DNA of 62,846 bases, the filler included, from Guillardia theta CCMP2712 (Eukaryota; Protista; Cryptophyta): assembly GCF_000315625.1 (NCBI RefSeq). It is 6 parts of 6 records of this genome, joined end to end, with 100 filler letters (N's around TTAATTAATTAA, not from the genome) between each part and the next. Parts side by side here need not be neighbours in the genome. Positions count along the whole stretch, not along the records: positions 44,570 to 60,488 come from NW_005434311.1; 5 more parts are not named here. The stretch is one strand, 5' to 3'. A program made the translations under genes and the position numbers. Below are positions 48,722 to 59,544 of the stretch, piece by piece (the first letter of the stretch is position 1; the number at the start of each line of letters is the position of its first letter). The notes under the pieces are model-generated. The model had not been told where the DNA came from and made no database searches. It worked only from the letters and a program-made list of their open reading frames with translations.

Positions 48722-50894
48722 GCCGTACCAGTCTAGCAGGAGGGGACAAGGCCCAACAGATCTCAACGCCTGTCACAAGCGTCATGTCATCGAGAGTTGC
48801 TTAGAGGGGTGATACGATCTTGTTGTCTTACACATAAACCTAAGGCTTGTCATCTACACACAGCACAAGTTCTTCCCTCGTGGCATTCTTAATTATCTCT
48901 TCTCTTCACTTCCTTTTGTTGGAAGAGAAAGAGGGGAGAATGGCAGTATGAGAAAAGGAAAAGCGCAAAACGTTTCTAGCTTCCCTCTACTTGCAAACAA
49001 GAATGCCAAAAAACCTTCCATCAGCCGTTTCTTTTCCCTCCTCTCTTCTCCTTTCTTCTGTCTGTTGTCACGTCTCTTTCTCTCTGCAGCAGCTACAAGA
49101 CATCTCTCACACTCTAGCGACATGACAAGCTTGTCCTCACCCTCCCTCAAGCTCCTTCCATCCTCTCTCCCTCTCTCCTCCCGCTCTTCAATCGCTTCCA
49201 TTGTTATAAGCACATTCACGACCACCCCTTCCTGTGATATGACCCTACCCTACCCTATAGAATACCATGGTTTCCTGAATTTAATAGGGGTGGGCAGTAC
49301 CAGCCTACCCTACCTCTCTACAGAGTTAACATCCTCACATCCCACCACTTGAGAATCAGCGGGTTTGAGGTACCCCACCCACCCTTCTAAAAAGTCTACA
49401 TGGATACCCACCCTTCTTCTTAACCAAGAGGGGGTGGGGGTGTACCATCTCACGAGACCACCCCCTGTACTGAAAGCATACGTACACCCACCCTACCTCC
49501 AGTCTGAGAAGCATTTTAGGAAGGGAGGGCACACCACCCGTACTTTCCTCAGCCTACTACCCCACCCCTGATCAGAAGTCAACCTGTTTTTGGGAAATGA
49601 AGGATTGAGTACCCCGTCTGATCTCATCAGTACAACGGGTAGGGGTACCCGAGGGGATTACACGGGTACAGGTAGGGTACCCTACCGTCTCTACTCCACT
49701 GTTATTATGGATAAAGTACCGGTATCAGACTCTGACTTAGGTCGGACCGACGGTAGGGGTAGACAATCATCGCACTACGGTCAGTTACTTTTGTCCGTTA
49801 GACTGGTCTTTACTCAAAGTTTTTAGACATCATCCGCGAACTTTGAAATCCTGCCCTCTGATTTCAGGATATCCGCGAAACGCTCTTACTTAATTAGTTA
49901 TTCAAGTGAGTCACCGTACTACGGTACTTTGAGTAAAGAGTCACAGTACCGGCTAGCCCGTATCGGGCCCGGCTCCGCCTGAACGGTGAAGTTTCCAGTA
50001 CCGGCGCCCGGCCCGGCCCGGCTCCTGCCGCCCGGCCGCCCGGCCCGGCCCGGGCCCTCCGAATACCTCCCGGGGCCGGGCCCGGGGTCCGCCTGAACAG
50101 TAGTCACCAGTTACCATAGTACGGTACGGTAACCAGTGCCGGGCCCATGCCGCTGTCTGTGTGCAGTGCCCGGCCGCCGGGATTCACCGGCCCGGAGTCG
50201 AGCCCCGGGCGGCGGCCGGGCGGGCGACTGACAGTGAGTCTCAAGGGGATTTGAAGGATCGCATGCCAGTGCAGTGCCGGCCGTGCCAGTCAAACTATTA
50301 GCGCACTCCAACACTGTCACTCTCGTGTACCAACTTTACACCAAGAATACGATATTGCACATTCGAGTGAAAGAAGCTCTGTGAAGAGAATCGCCGTGAC
50401 AGTGAATTGAACCAGAGACAGAGAACACACTCAACGACAACGGTAAGTCAGAGCCTGGTGAACACGTCGACGTACAAGATGGCCGTACAGTAGTGCTCCG
50501 ATCAACACTGACAGTATTACTCGTAGATGAACCGCACGGTGCAAAACTTCCAGGACGCAATGGCGCGTTCAGCTCACGGTACGAGCCTCGGAGCAGATGA
50601 TGAGGTACAGATGCAGTCCGAGAAGGAACGAGGGGNNNNNNNNNNNNNNNNNNNNNNNNNNNNNNNNNNNNNNNNNNNNNNNNNNNNNNNNNNNNNNNNN
50701 NNNNNNNNNNNNNNNNNNNNNNNNNNNNNNNNNNNACAAGAGCAGTATGTTGTGATGATGCAAGTGCGATCATGAGTGAGAGAGACAGATCACCTGGTGT
50801 TCGATTTGCGGGAAGAAGAAGTCGCTGAGAGTAAAGCCCTCAAACCCAATGAGATGCGAATGAGATGGAAAGCGAAGACGTTGAGATCTGATTG

Positions 50895-50999
50895 AGAGGA
50901 AGCAGAGTGAGTCAGCGACAGTCTCCTGATGCTGGTCTCTGAGAGGAAGCAGAGTGAGTCAGCAAGTCTCCTCATGCTGGTCTCTTGAGAGGAAGCAGA
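50895..50999 (+). repeat. About 46-bp tandem repeat, 2.3 units
   Basis: gagaggaagcagagtgagtcagc..agtctcct.atgctggtctct repeated. Confidence 0.8.
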
Positions 51000-51279
51000 A
51001 GGCGGCGCTGCTCGTGGCCGTGGCGCTGTGTGAGGGGGGAGGAGTGAAACGAACTCTGATCGATCAGACATTCAAGATCCGGAGTTACACACTGTGTGAG
51101 CGAGTGCTCAGTGACCCAAGGAGCAGTAATGAGATCAGAGCCGGAAGCAGCTGAGAACCCCCTGATCAGCACACGATGACTCTTGGGACAGACGATGCTC
51201 GGCACGAACCAACTTGTCTCTTCGTCTCGGGTCGACGCGCGGCGTCAGGTGACCGATGGCAGCGTCTCACGCGGGAGAG

Positions 51280-51456
51280 TGGAAGAAGGTGTTGCCAAGA
51301 CAAACAAGAGTCCGAGCAAAGTGACTCTAGAGCAAGATGGAAGAAGGTGTTGCCAAGACAAACAAGAGTCCGAGCAAAGTGACTCTAGAGCAAGATGGAA
51401 GAAGGTGTTGCCAAGACAAACAAGAGTCCGAGCAAAGTGACTCTAGAGCAAGATGG
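51280..51456 (+). repeat. 58-bp perfect tandem repeat x3
   Basis: tggaagaaggtgttgccaagacaaacaagagtccgagcaaagtgactctagagcaaga starts at 51280, 51338 and 51396. Confidence 0.95.
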
Positions 51457-52768
51457 CGTGATGGGTGCGAGGGAGAGATGCATGGGAGGAGAGAAAGGAA
51501 AGCAAGTGATCATTCAATTTATTGACTGAGCAAGAAGGACAAACCGGAGCAAACAAAGGAGGGGGAGGATAGAGCCAACAAACCCGCCTCAATAAAATAC
51601 TAGGAAACGAAGGAGGCAGCGAAAACCGGCATTCAGGAGGAAGAGGTTGGAGACCTTGTCTTGTCCAAGGGGAGGATGGATGAAGACATCGGGGGGGTTG
51701 GAATCGCGTCCATGAGAGAGGAACGAGAGTGACTCAGTCGTCATGCTTCTGATGGTGGTCTTTGATAGCCACGTCAGCGGTCAGCACAAGACCAGATCCA
51801 TTCCTCAGCACCACCCCCTCACCCACCACAGGGCCGAAGCCACCCCTCCACCATAGTCCATACACGCCAACTCTCATTAAGGGGTACCCCGGTCTCACTC
51901 GATCCCTTGCCAGAGAAGATCTCGCGAGACATCCTAGTAGCCTATGACCTGTCTACACACCCGGGTGCTACCTAGCCTAACAGTCTGACCTGACTACGGG
52001 TACTCCTGAGCTCGGTCCTCGGCGTTGAGCCAAGTAGGTTGGCGAGTGTCTGCCGGTACACTCGGAGGACTGTTTACGAAGCGGCGGCTCTTGCACACAG
52101 TCGCTCGGAGCTTGCGGAGTTGTGTGACACTGGAATGAGTTGCAAAGTCTCAAAGACTTTGAAATTCTCGGGTCTGATTTCAAAATCAGACTCGAGACTT
52201 CCGTGCGTCACACAACGTCGGTCCACTTGCAACAAGCTTGATTTCGATCCGTCATGACCCAGGAGTCACAAGCCTCGTATACATGCCCAACCATGTTGAT
52301 CTCATGTCTGGTCAGTCATAATGTTTTCTGCAGTTTCTCTTTGTTGGTGTTCTTTCGTTTCTGCTGCAAACTCATGCAATCCCATCAAGTCTCGTTACAC
52401 ACATTCGGATGACTCTTCTCTTCAATAAGGCTCTCTCTCTAGCCGCAAGTTGTTTCAAGTCAGCCCTATCACTAGTATCCCAGCCACAATCTGTTTGATC
52501 CATCTTCGGATGCACTCTAGGAACAACAANNNNNNNNNNNNNNNNNNNNNNNNNNNNNNNNNNNNNNNNNNNNNNNNNNNNNNNNNNNNNNNNNNNNNNN
52601 NNNNNNNNNNNNNNNNNNNNNNNNNNNNNNNNNNNNNNNNNNNNNNNNNNNNNNNNNNNNNNNNNNNNNNNNNNNNNNNNNNNNNNNNNNNNNNNNNNNN
52701 NNNNNNNNNNNNNNNNNNNNNNNNNNNNNNNNNNNNNNNNNNNNNNNNNNNNNNNNNNNNNNNGAGCT

Positions 52769-53005
52769 ACTTGTGCATCGGTGAGCAACTTCACTTGTGC
52801 ATCGGTGAGCAAGCTCACTTGTGCATCGGGGAGCAAGCTCACTTGTGCATCGGTGAGCAAGCTCACTTGTGCATCGGTGAGCAAGCTCACTTGTGGATCG
52901 GTGAGCAAGCTCACTTGTGGATCGGTGAGCAAGCTCACTTGTGGATCGGTGAGCAAGCTCACTTGTGCATCGGTGAGCAAGCTCACTTGTGCATCGGTGA
53001 GCAAG
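52769..53005 (+). repeat. 24-bp tandem repeat with internal palindrome, about 10 units (continues into gap)
   Basis: Unit ACTTGTG(C/G)ATCGGTGAGCAAGCTC, containing GTGAGC-AA-GCTCAC; no spacers. Confidence 0.95.
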
Positions 53006-53048
53006 ATAAGACTGCACAACCTCTTCAAATGCCTTGAAACGGATGTTT

Positions 53049-53162
53049 CACCCTCGCGACAGCAATCTCTGGTTACAAGATCTTTACGGTTCAAGTATCA
53101 TCTTTTGGTGATCAAAAGCCGGCGGGCAAGCTTGTCTCTCCTTGTTCAAGTTCCTCTCTTAT
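53049..53162 (+). repeat. 114-bp direct repeat, copy 2
   Basis: Identical to 44572-44685; cut on the right by an N gap. Confidence 0.92.
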
Positions 53163-53937
53163 NNNNNNNNNNNNNNNNNNNNNNNNNNNNNNNNNNNNNN
53201 NNNNNNNNNNNNNNNNNNNNNNNNNNNNNNNNNNNNNNNNNNNNNNNNNNNNNNNNNNNNNNNNNNNNNNNNNNNNNNNNNNNNNNNNNNNNNNNNNNNN
53301 NNNNNNNNNNNNNNNNNNNNNNNNNNNNNNNNNNNNNNNNNNNNNNNNNNNNNNNNNNNNNNNNNNNNNNNNNNNNNNNNNNNNNNNNNNNNNNNNNNNN
53401 NNNNNNNNNNNNNNNNNNNNNNNNNNNNNNNNNNNNNNNNNNNNNNNNNNNNNNNNNNNNNNNNNNNNNNNNNNNNNNNNNNNNNNNNNNNNNNNNNNNN
53501 NNNNNNNNNNNNNNNNNNNNNNNNNNNNNNNNNNNNNNNNNNNNNNNNNNNNNNNNNNNNNNNNNNNNNNNNNNNNNNNNNNNNNNNNNNNNNNNNNNNN
53601 NNNNNNNNNNNNNNNNNNNNNNNNNNNNNNNNNNNNNNNNNNNNNNNNNNNNNNNNNNNNNNNNNNNNNNNNNNNNNNNNNNNNNNNNNNNNNNNNNNNN
53701 NNNNNNNNNNNNNNNNNNNNNNNNNNNNNNNNNNNNNNNNNNNNNNNNNNNNNNNNNNNNNNNNNNNNNNNNNNNNNNNNNNNNNNNNNNNNNNNNNNNN
53801 NNNNNNNNNNNNNNNNNNNNNNNNNNNNNTGCTCGACGCTCGTCTCACCGCCAGCTCTTGCCCCTAGCAGCACGAACAAGCTCTGTCCCTTCCCCGCCAT
53901 CCCCGCCTCCCCTCCAGCTCCACCACGACCCTCCCCA

Positions 53938-56919
53938 TCACTCGGCATCGCGTCGCTCGAGCACGGACCTGAGCCGTCGGCCCGCCTCAGAAGCACGGGT
54001 GTCGGGGATGTTGGGAGGCAGGGCGGCGCCTCGGAGCCGTCGGATGCGTCGGATGTTGTACGAGTTGTCGCTAGCAAGGCTGCTCAGAGCCTCCATCGCG
54101 CAATCCTCCAACCACCCGCTGCCCTCATGCCTTTGCATCGCCCTCCCTACCGCCTCGATCGCTCCCGCCTCCCGCGCCCGCGCCTGGCTGTCAGCCATGC
54201 CCTCCGTCATGCTGCGCAAGGCCTTGCATCCGTCACACTGTAGCCATCGTTCGTCCACGTGTCTGGACATGGCGCTGACGACGGCCTCGATCGCTCCCGC
54301 CTCCCGCGCCCGCGCCTGGCTGTCAGCCATGCCCGCCGTCATGCTGCGCAAGGCCTTGCATGCTGACCAATTCAAGTACATATTGTCCGCGTACGTGGAC
54401 ATGGCGCTGACGACGGCCTCGATCGCTCCCGCCTCCCGCGCCCGCCCCTGGCTGTCAGCCATGCCCGCCGTCATGCTGCGCAAGGCCCTGCATCCGTCAC
54501 ACTGTAGATATCGGTCGTCTGCGTGTGTGAACATGGCGCTGACGACGGCCTCGATCGCTCCCGCCTCTCGCGCCCGCGCCTGGCTGTCAGCCATGCCCTC
54601 TGTCATTCTCTCAAGTGCTTCACAGGAAGATCCTTGTACCCCAGCGTCTTCCACGTGTCTAGTCATGGCCCTGACGACGGCCTCGATCGCTCCTGCCTGC
54701 ATGGCCGGGAGCTTGTTCTGCTCGTGGCCCTTGGCTATCGCTGTCATCACTTGGCATAGACCTTGCTGTATCTTCGCGTTGCTCTGGTGCCTGGTCATGG
54801 CGCTGACGACGGCCTCGATCGTTCCTGCATCTGACAATGTGCCCTGGTATCGGAAGTACTGCATTGTGTACTTCAGGGCCTCACACGCAGCCTGCTGTAC
54901 TTGCCAGTCGTCCGCGTGCATGGAAATGGCGCTGACGACGGCCTCGATCGCTCCCGCCTCTCGTGCCCTTGCCTGGCTCTCATTCCTGAAGCTGATAGTG
55001 AAGTCCAGGGCCTTGCACGCAGCCTGCTGTACCCCCGCGTCGTTCGCGTGCGTGGTCATGGCGCTGATGACGGCCTCGATCGCTCCCGCCTCTCGTGCCC
55101 GCCCCTGGCTCTCTTTGATCAAGCTGATAGTGTTCTGCAGGGCCGAGCACGCAGCCTGCTGTACCCCCGCGTCGTCCGCGTGCGTGGTCATGGCGCTGAC
55201 GACGGCCTCAATCGCTCCCGCCTCCCGCGCCCGCCCCTGGCTCTCTTGGATGCCACTGACGGTATGCCTCAGGGCCTCGCATGCAGCCTGCTGTACCCCC
55301 GCGTCGTCCGCGTGCGTGGTCATGGCGCTGACGACGGCCTCGATCGCTCCCGCCTCTCGCGCCTTGACCTTGTCAGCCTCCCCGTTCCGAGCCATGCTGA
55401 CCAAGGCTTCGCACGCAGCCTGCTGTACCTCCGCGAGAGCCTCGTACGTCCTCATCTCCTGCATCACCGCCTCTATGCTGTCGTCAGCTCCCGTCCTCAG
55501 CAGCCTCCATGCCTCCCTTGCCGGCTGCTCCGTCCCGCTTCCGTCTTGTGCCCCTACCGCTGCCGGCAGCGCCTGAGCTCCCGTCCTCAGCGAGCTGAGA
55601 GCGTCGCTGCCCGTGGACTCCAAGGCGGTGCAAGCTGACTCTTGCAGCTCCACGAGCTCTGCGTACTTGCGCTTCCTGACTCTCCTCGCCACCGCCTCGA
55701 TCCCTCCCCCCGCTGCCTCTCCGATCCTTCTCCATGCAGCTTCTGCCATGCTGCGTATGCCTCGGCATAGCGACTGGTTGCCGGCCCCTGCCCGCTGCTG
55801 TCCAGGCGTCCTGTCTGACCATGTCCATGCGTTTGCCCCCTCATCCCCCTCCGCTCCGGCTCTTCCTACAGCTACCGCAAGCTCGGCGAACCTCGGGCGG
55901 TCCTCCTCCCTCGTCGCCCAGCAGCTCTCCAGCAGGGCCCACAACCCGTCCGGGCACCCTCCGAGGAGGTGCTCTCGAGGCAGCCTCCCACCCCCGCACA
56001 CGTACCCGATCACAGTCGGGTCCGTCATGGGGTAGTAGGGGGTCATGCCCGAGGTCAGGATCTCCCAGCACGTGACCCCGTAGGCCCACACGTCGCTCTT
56101 CTCCGAGCACCGGCCTCTCTGCATCGACTCTGGGGGCATGTAGCGCACCGGCAGCGCTCGCCCCGCTACCCTCCCGTCACTCCCGTCCACCAGCTCCCCT
56201 GCCCGCCCGTACCCCGCCACCTTCACCGACGTCCTCCCCACGTCCTCCTTGTCGAAGCCCATGACCAGCACGTGCCGAGCCGCGAGGTCCCGGTGCACGA
56301 CCCGCTGCTCAGCCAGGTGCTCCATGCCCTGCGCGATCTGCTCCATCATCGCCGTCTGGTGCCCTCGCGTCACCTGCCCCGCCAGCCTCCCCAGCAGAGC
56401 CTCCCTCAGCGACCCCAGCTCGGCGAGCTCGGTCAGCAGCAGGGGACAGCCGTCGGCGTCGTGGCTCTGCCCCATGTAGCGTACAAGCCGAGGACGCGGC
56501 CCGAGTCTGAGCATGACCGCGGCTTGTCTGCCGCCGTCGTCTTGCCTGAGCTTGAGCACGGCTACCTTGATCTTGCCGGGCCCTGCTCTCCTTCCTTGCA
56601 GGCGGAGGTGACCTATGTAGAGGGTCTGGGAGGAGCCTGCTGAGATAGGCTGCCGCTCCATCTCCACGTCGTGGCTGGGGACGAGCAGCGCGTGTCGCTC
56701 CTGCCACTCCTGGATGGCGCTGCGGAGAGCGAGGTTGGGTACAAGGTGGTCGGAGGGGAGGAGGGCGCCGGTGAGGGCTCTGGAGAGACGATGGCGGAGC
56801 CAGGTCTCGATGGAGGATCTCTCGTAGGTGTGGCCATCGCAGCAGGTGACAGGGTCGGTCATGAGCGCCATGCTGATGGGGCAGATGAAGGACCGGAGCG
56901 CTCCCTGGTCCGCTGCCAT
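53938..56919 (-). CDS. U-box + tyrosine-kinase-like (probable pseudokinase) + armadillo-repeat protein, 993 aa, single ORF
   Basis: U-box: FICPISMALMTDPV..GHTYERSSIETWL..LVPNLALRSAI. Kinase fold: VHRDLAARHVLV, LPVRYMPPES, KSDVWAYGVTCWEI. About 10 ARM repeats of 44 aa (132 bp), each with AGAIEAVVSAM. Confidence 0.92.
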   Translation of the reverse strand: MAADQGALRSFICPISMALMTDPVTCCDGHTYERSSIETWLRHRLSRALTGALLPSDHLVPNLALRSAIQEWQERHALLVPSHDVEMERQPISAGSSQTLYIGHLRLQGRRAGPGKIKVAVLKLRQDDGGRQAAVMLRLGPRPRLVRYMGQSHDADGCPLLLTELAELGSLREALLGRLAGQVTRGHQTAMMEQIAQGMEHLAEQRVVHRDLAARHVLVMGFDKEDVGRTSVKVAGYGRAGELVDGSDGRVAGRALPVRYMPPESMQRGRCSEKSDVWAYGVTCWEILTSGMTPYYPMTDPTVIGYVCGGGRLPREHLLGGCPDGLWALLESCWATREEDRPRFAELAVAVGRAGAEGDEGANAWTWSDRTPGQQRAGAGNQSLCRGIRSMAEAAWRRIGEAAGGGIEAVARRVRKRKYAELVELQESACTALESTGSDALSSLRTGAQALPAAVGAQDGSGTEQPAREAWRLLRTGADDSIEAVMQEMRTYEALAEVQQAACEALVSMARNGEADKVKAREAGAIEAVVSAMTTHADDAGVQQAACEALRHTVSGIQESQGRAREAGAIEAVVSAMTTHADDAGVQQAACSALQNTISLIKESQGRAREAGAIEAVISAMTTHANDAGVQQAACKALDFTISFRNESQARAREAGAIEAVVSAISMHADDWQVQQAACEALKYTMQYFRYQGTLSDAGTIEAVVSAMTRHQSNAKIQQGLCQVMTAIAKGHEQNKLPAMQAGAIEAVVRAMTRHVEDAGVQGSSCEALERMTEGMADSQARAREAGAIEAVVSAMFTHADDRYLQCDGCRALRSMTAGMADSQGRAREAGAIEAVVSAMSTYADNMYLNWSACKALRSMTAGMADSQARAREAGAIEAVVSAMSRHVDERWLQCDGCKALRSMTEGMADSQARAREAGAIEAVGRAMQRHEGSGWLEDCAMEALSSLASDNSYNIRRIRRLRGAALPPNIPDTRASEAGRRLRSVLERRDAE

Positions 56920-57150
56920 GGCGGGGCCGAGGAGCGAGGGGAGGGGAGGGGAGGGGATAAAGGGGGTACGTGCAGCGAGGGAGCGAGGGGGTGCGAGGCC
57001 GGTCTAGACAGGGGTAGGGGGTGGTACGAGGAGGGGAGAGGAGGGAGGAGGGGTGGTCCAAAAAAGAAAAGCTAATCCTACCAGCGGCTACGGGGGAAGT
57101 GTAAAACTAAAAAGAAGAAGAATAAGTCTTGTTGCTGCCTTTTGTGTGCG

Positions 57151-57767
57151 ATGGTACCTTCCGGGTATGTGTTGTTGCTGCCTTCTGTGCATTTGGTACT
57201 GATGGTCTGAGGCGGGTGGCTTTCTACAAGGGAGAGGACCAAGGGGATCTGAGGATAGATTGCAATCACTTCAAGATATCTGATCAAGAAATGACAAGGT
57301 GGATGTCTGATGTGGAAAAAACGGCAATGAATCCTTTGATTGTGAAGTTCAACAGGATCAATCTTGAGAACTCTTGCTTGAGTGATGTCAAGGACATCAT
57401 CTTTGATAGGTACATGGAGTTATGCAAGTCAGAGATCGAGGAATTCAACAATGCCAACTTTATGTGCGAGATGTGCTGCTCTTGGACACCTTCTGAAGAG
57501 TGCAATAGATTGTCTGCCTGCAAGACCTGCACAGATAATTATTTTGTATGGAGATGCTCTACATGTGATGATGTGTTTGAGCACCTCGACGCGATGGAAA
57601 CCGCAGTATGTCGCGATGGACGCTTGATAAAGGAGCGACACTGCAAGAGATGTGAAGCGGAGCTCGAGTTGTCATGCTGGGATTGTGGAATGGTATACAA
57701 ACTGTGCAATGGATATGATGAGGAATATTGCTCATATGGCTGCAAGTCTAGAAACGCATGGTTGTAG
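57151..57767 (+). CDS. Hypothetical Cys-rich (multiple CxxC) protein
   Basis: Open frame with CEMC, CKTC, CSTC, CKRC, CWDC and YCSYGC; more AT-rich than its neighbours; start uncertain. Confidence 0.55.
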
Positions 57768-59544
57768 TCAACGAGAACCCAGGGGGTACATCTTACTGAC
57801 TGTGCAGCTGTCAGAGCTTATGGGTACAACATCAGGAACATCTTACTGACTGTGCAGCCTCATATGGTTGCTCATATGGTTGCTCATATGGTTGCTTATA
57901 TGGTTGCATGTCTGGAGACGATTGGAGAGATTAGACAACAAGGATCCAGGGGGTATATTTTACTAACTGTGCACCCTGAATACAAGCTTATTGTTTGATC
58001 AATGTTTGGATGTTCATTCTTACAAATCTCCAATACACTCCTCACAATCTAGCCTTCTTCTCTTGTGGCTACATTGTTCATCTTCACAATCTAGCCTTCT
58101 TCTCTTGTGGCTACATTGTTCATCTTGTGTCTCGCAGCCCATACAGTTACAACTTCCTGCATTGGCTCCTTACCCTGTTGTGCTCACATACTTCACCTGC
58201 TTCCCCTCTCCTCTCCTCTCCTCTCGTGCAAGATCTTCTTCTCTCCGGTCAGATCTGCTCCTCGCAGTCTCTTCCTTTCCTTCTTTCCGTCTGCCCGCCT
58301 ATTTGGGGGGTCTCCTCCCTCCTCCATNNNNNNNNNNNNNNNNNNNNNNNNNNNNNNNNNNNNNNNNNNNNNNNNNNNNNNNNNNNNNNNNNNNNNNNNN
58401 NNNNNNNNNNNNNNNNNNNNNNNNNNNNNNNNNNNNNNNNNNNNNNNNNNNNNNNNNNNNNNNNNNNNNNNNNNNNNNNNNNNNNNNNNNNNNNNNNNNN
58501 NNNNNNNNNNNNNNNNNNNNNNNNNNNNNNNNNNNNNNNNNNNNNNNNNNNNNNNNNNNNNNNNNNNNNNNNNNNNNNNNNNNNNNNNNNNNNNNNNNNN
58601 NNNNNNNNNNNNNNNNNNNNNNNNNNNNNNNNNNNNNNNNNNNNNNNNNNNNNNNNNNNNNNNNNNNNNNNNNNNNNNNNNNNNNNNNNNNNNNNNNNNN
58701 NNNNNNNNNNNNNNNNNNNNNNNNNNNNNNNNNNNNNNNNNNNNNNNNNNNNNNNNNNNNNNNNNNNNNNNNNNNNNNNNNNNNNNNNNNNNNNNNNNNN
58801 NNNNNNNNNNNNNNNNNNNNNNNNNNNNNNNNNNNNNNNNNNNNNNNNNNNNNNNNNNNNNCCAAATGTCACCTCTCCCATCTTCTCTTCACCGGATCGA
58901 TACGACACAGGCATTCGGAATATGAATACGTTCCTTCAATTTGTTCGGAGAGATATCATAATGCCAATCAAATACAAAATACATGTAATNNNNNNNNNNN
59001 NNNNNNNNNNNNNNNNNNNNNNNNNNNNNNNNNNNNNNNNNNNNNNNNNNNNNNNNNNNNNNNNNNNNNNNNNNNNNNNNNNNNNNNNNNNNNNNNNNNN
59101 NNNNNNNNNNNNNNNNNNNNNNNNNNNNNNNNNNNNNNNNNNNNNNNNNNNNNNNNNNNNNNNNNNNNNNNNNNNNNNNNNNNNNNNNNNNNNNNNNNNN
59201 NNNNNNNNNNNNNNNNNNNNNNNNNNNNNNNNNNNNNNNNNNNNNNNNNNNNNNNNNNNNNNNNNNNNNNNNNNNNNNNNNNNNNNNNNNNNNNNNNNNN
59301 NNNNNNNNNNNNNNNNNNNNNNNNNNNNNNNNNNNNNNNNNNNNNNNNNNNNNNNNNNNNNNNNNNNNNNNNNNNNNNNNNNNNNNNNNNNNNNNNNNNN
59401 NNNNNNNNNNNNNNNNNNNNNNNNNNNNNNNNNNNNNNNNNNNNNNNNNNNNNNNNNNNNNNNNNNNNNNNNNNNNNNNNNNNNNNNNNNNNNNNNNNNN
59501 NNNNNNNNNNNNNTTACGTGTATAAAAGCCCAAGACAGCGGAGC

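Noticed and set aside
51280-51456. CRISPR-like array (58-bp period)
   Set aside because: The whole unit is repeated identically with no variable spacer.
52769-53005. CRISPR-like array
   Set aside because: The units are contiguous with no unique spacers, there are no cas genes, and the context is eukaryotic.
52781-55576. 931-aa plus-strand ORF
   Set aside because: It is the antisense shadow of the ARM repeats, extended artificially through N gaps.
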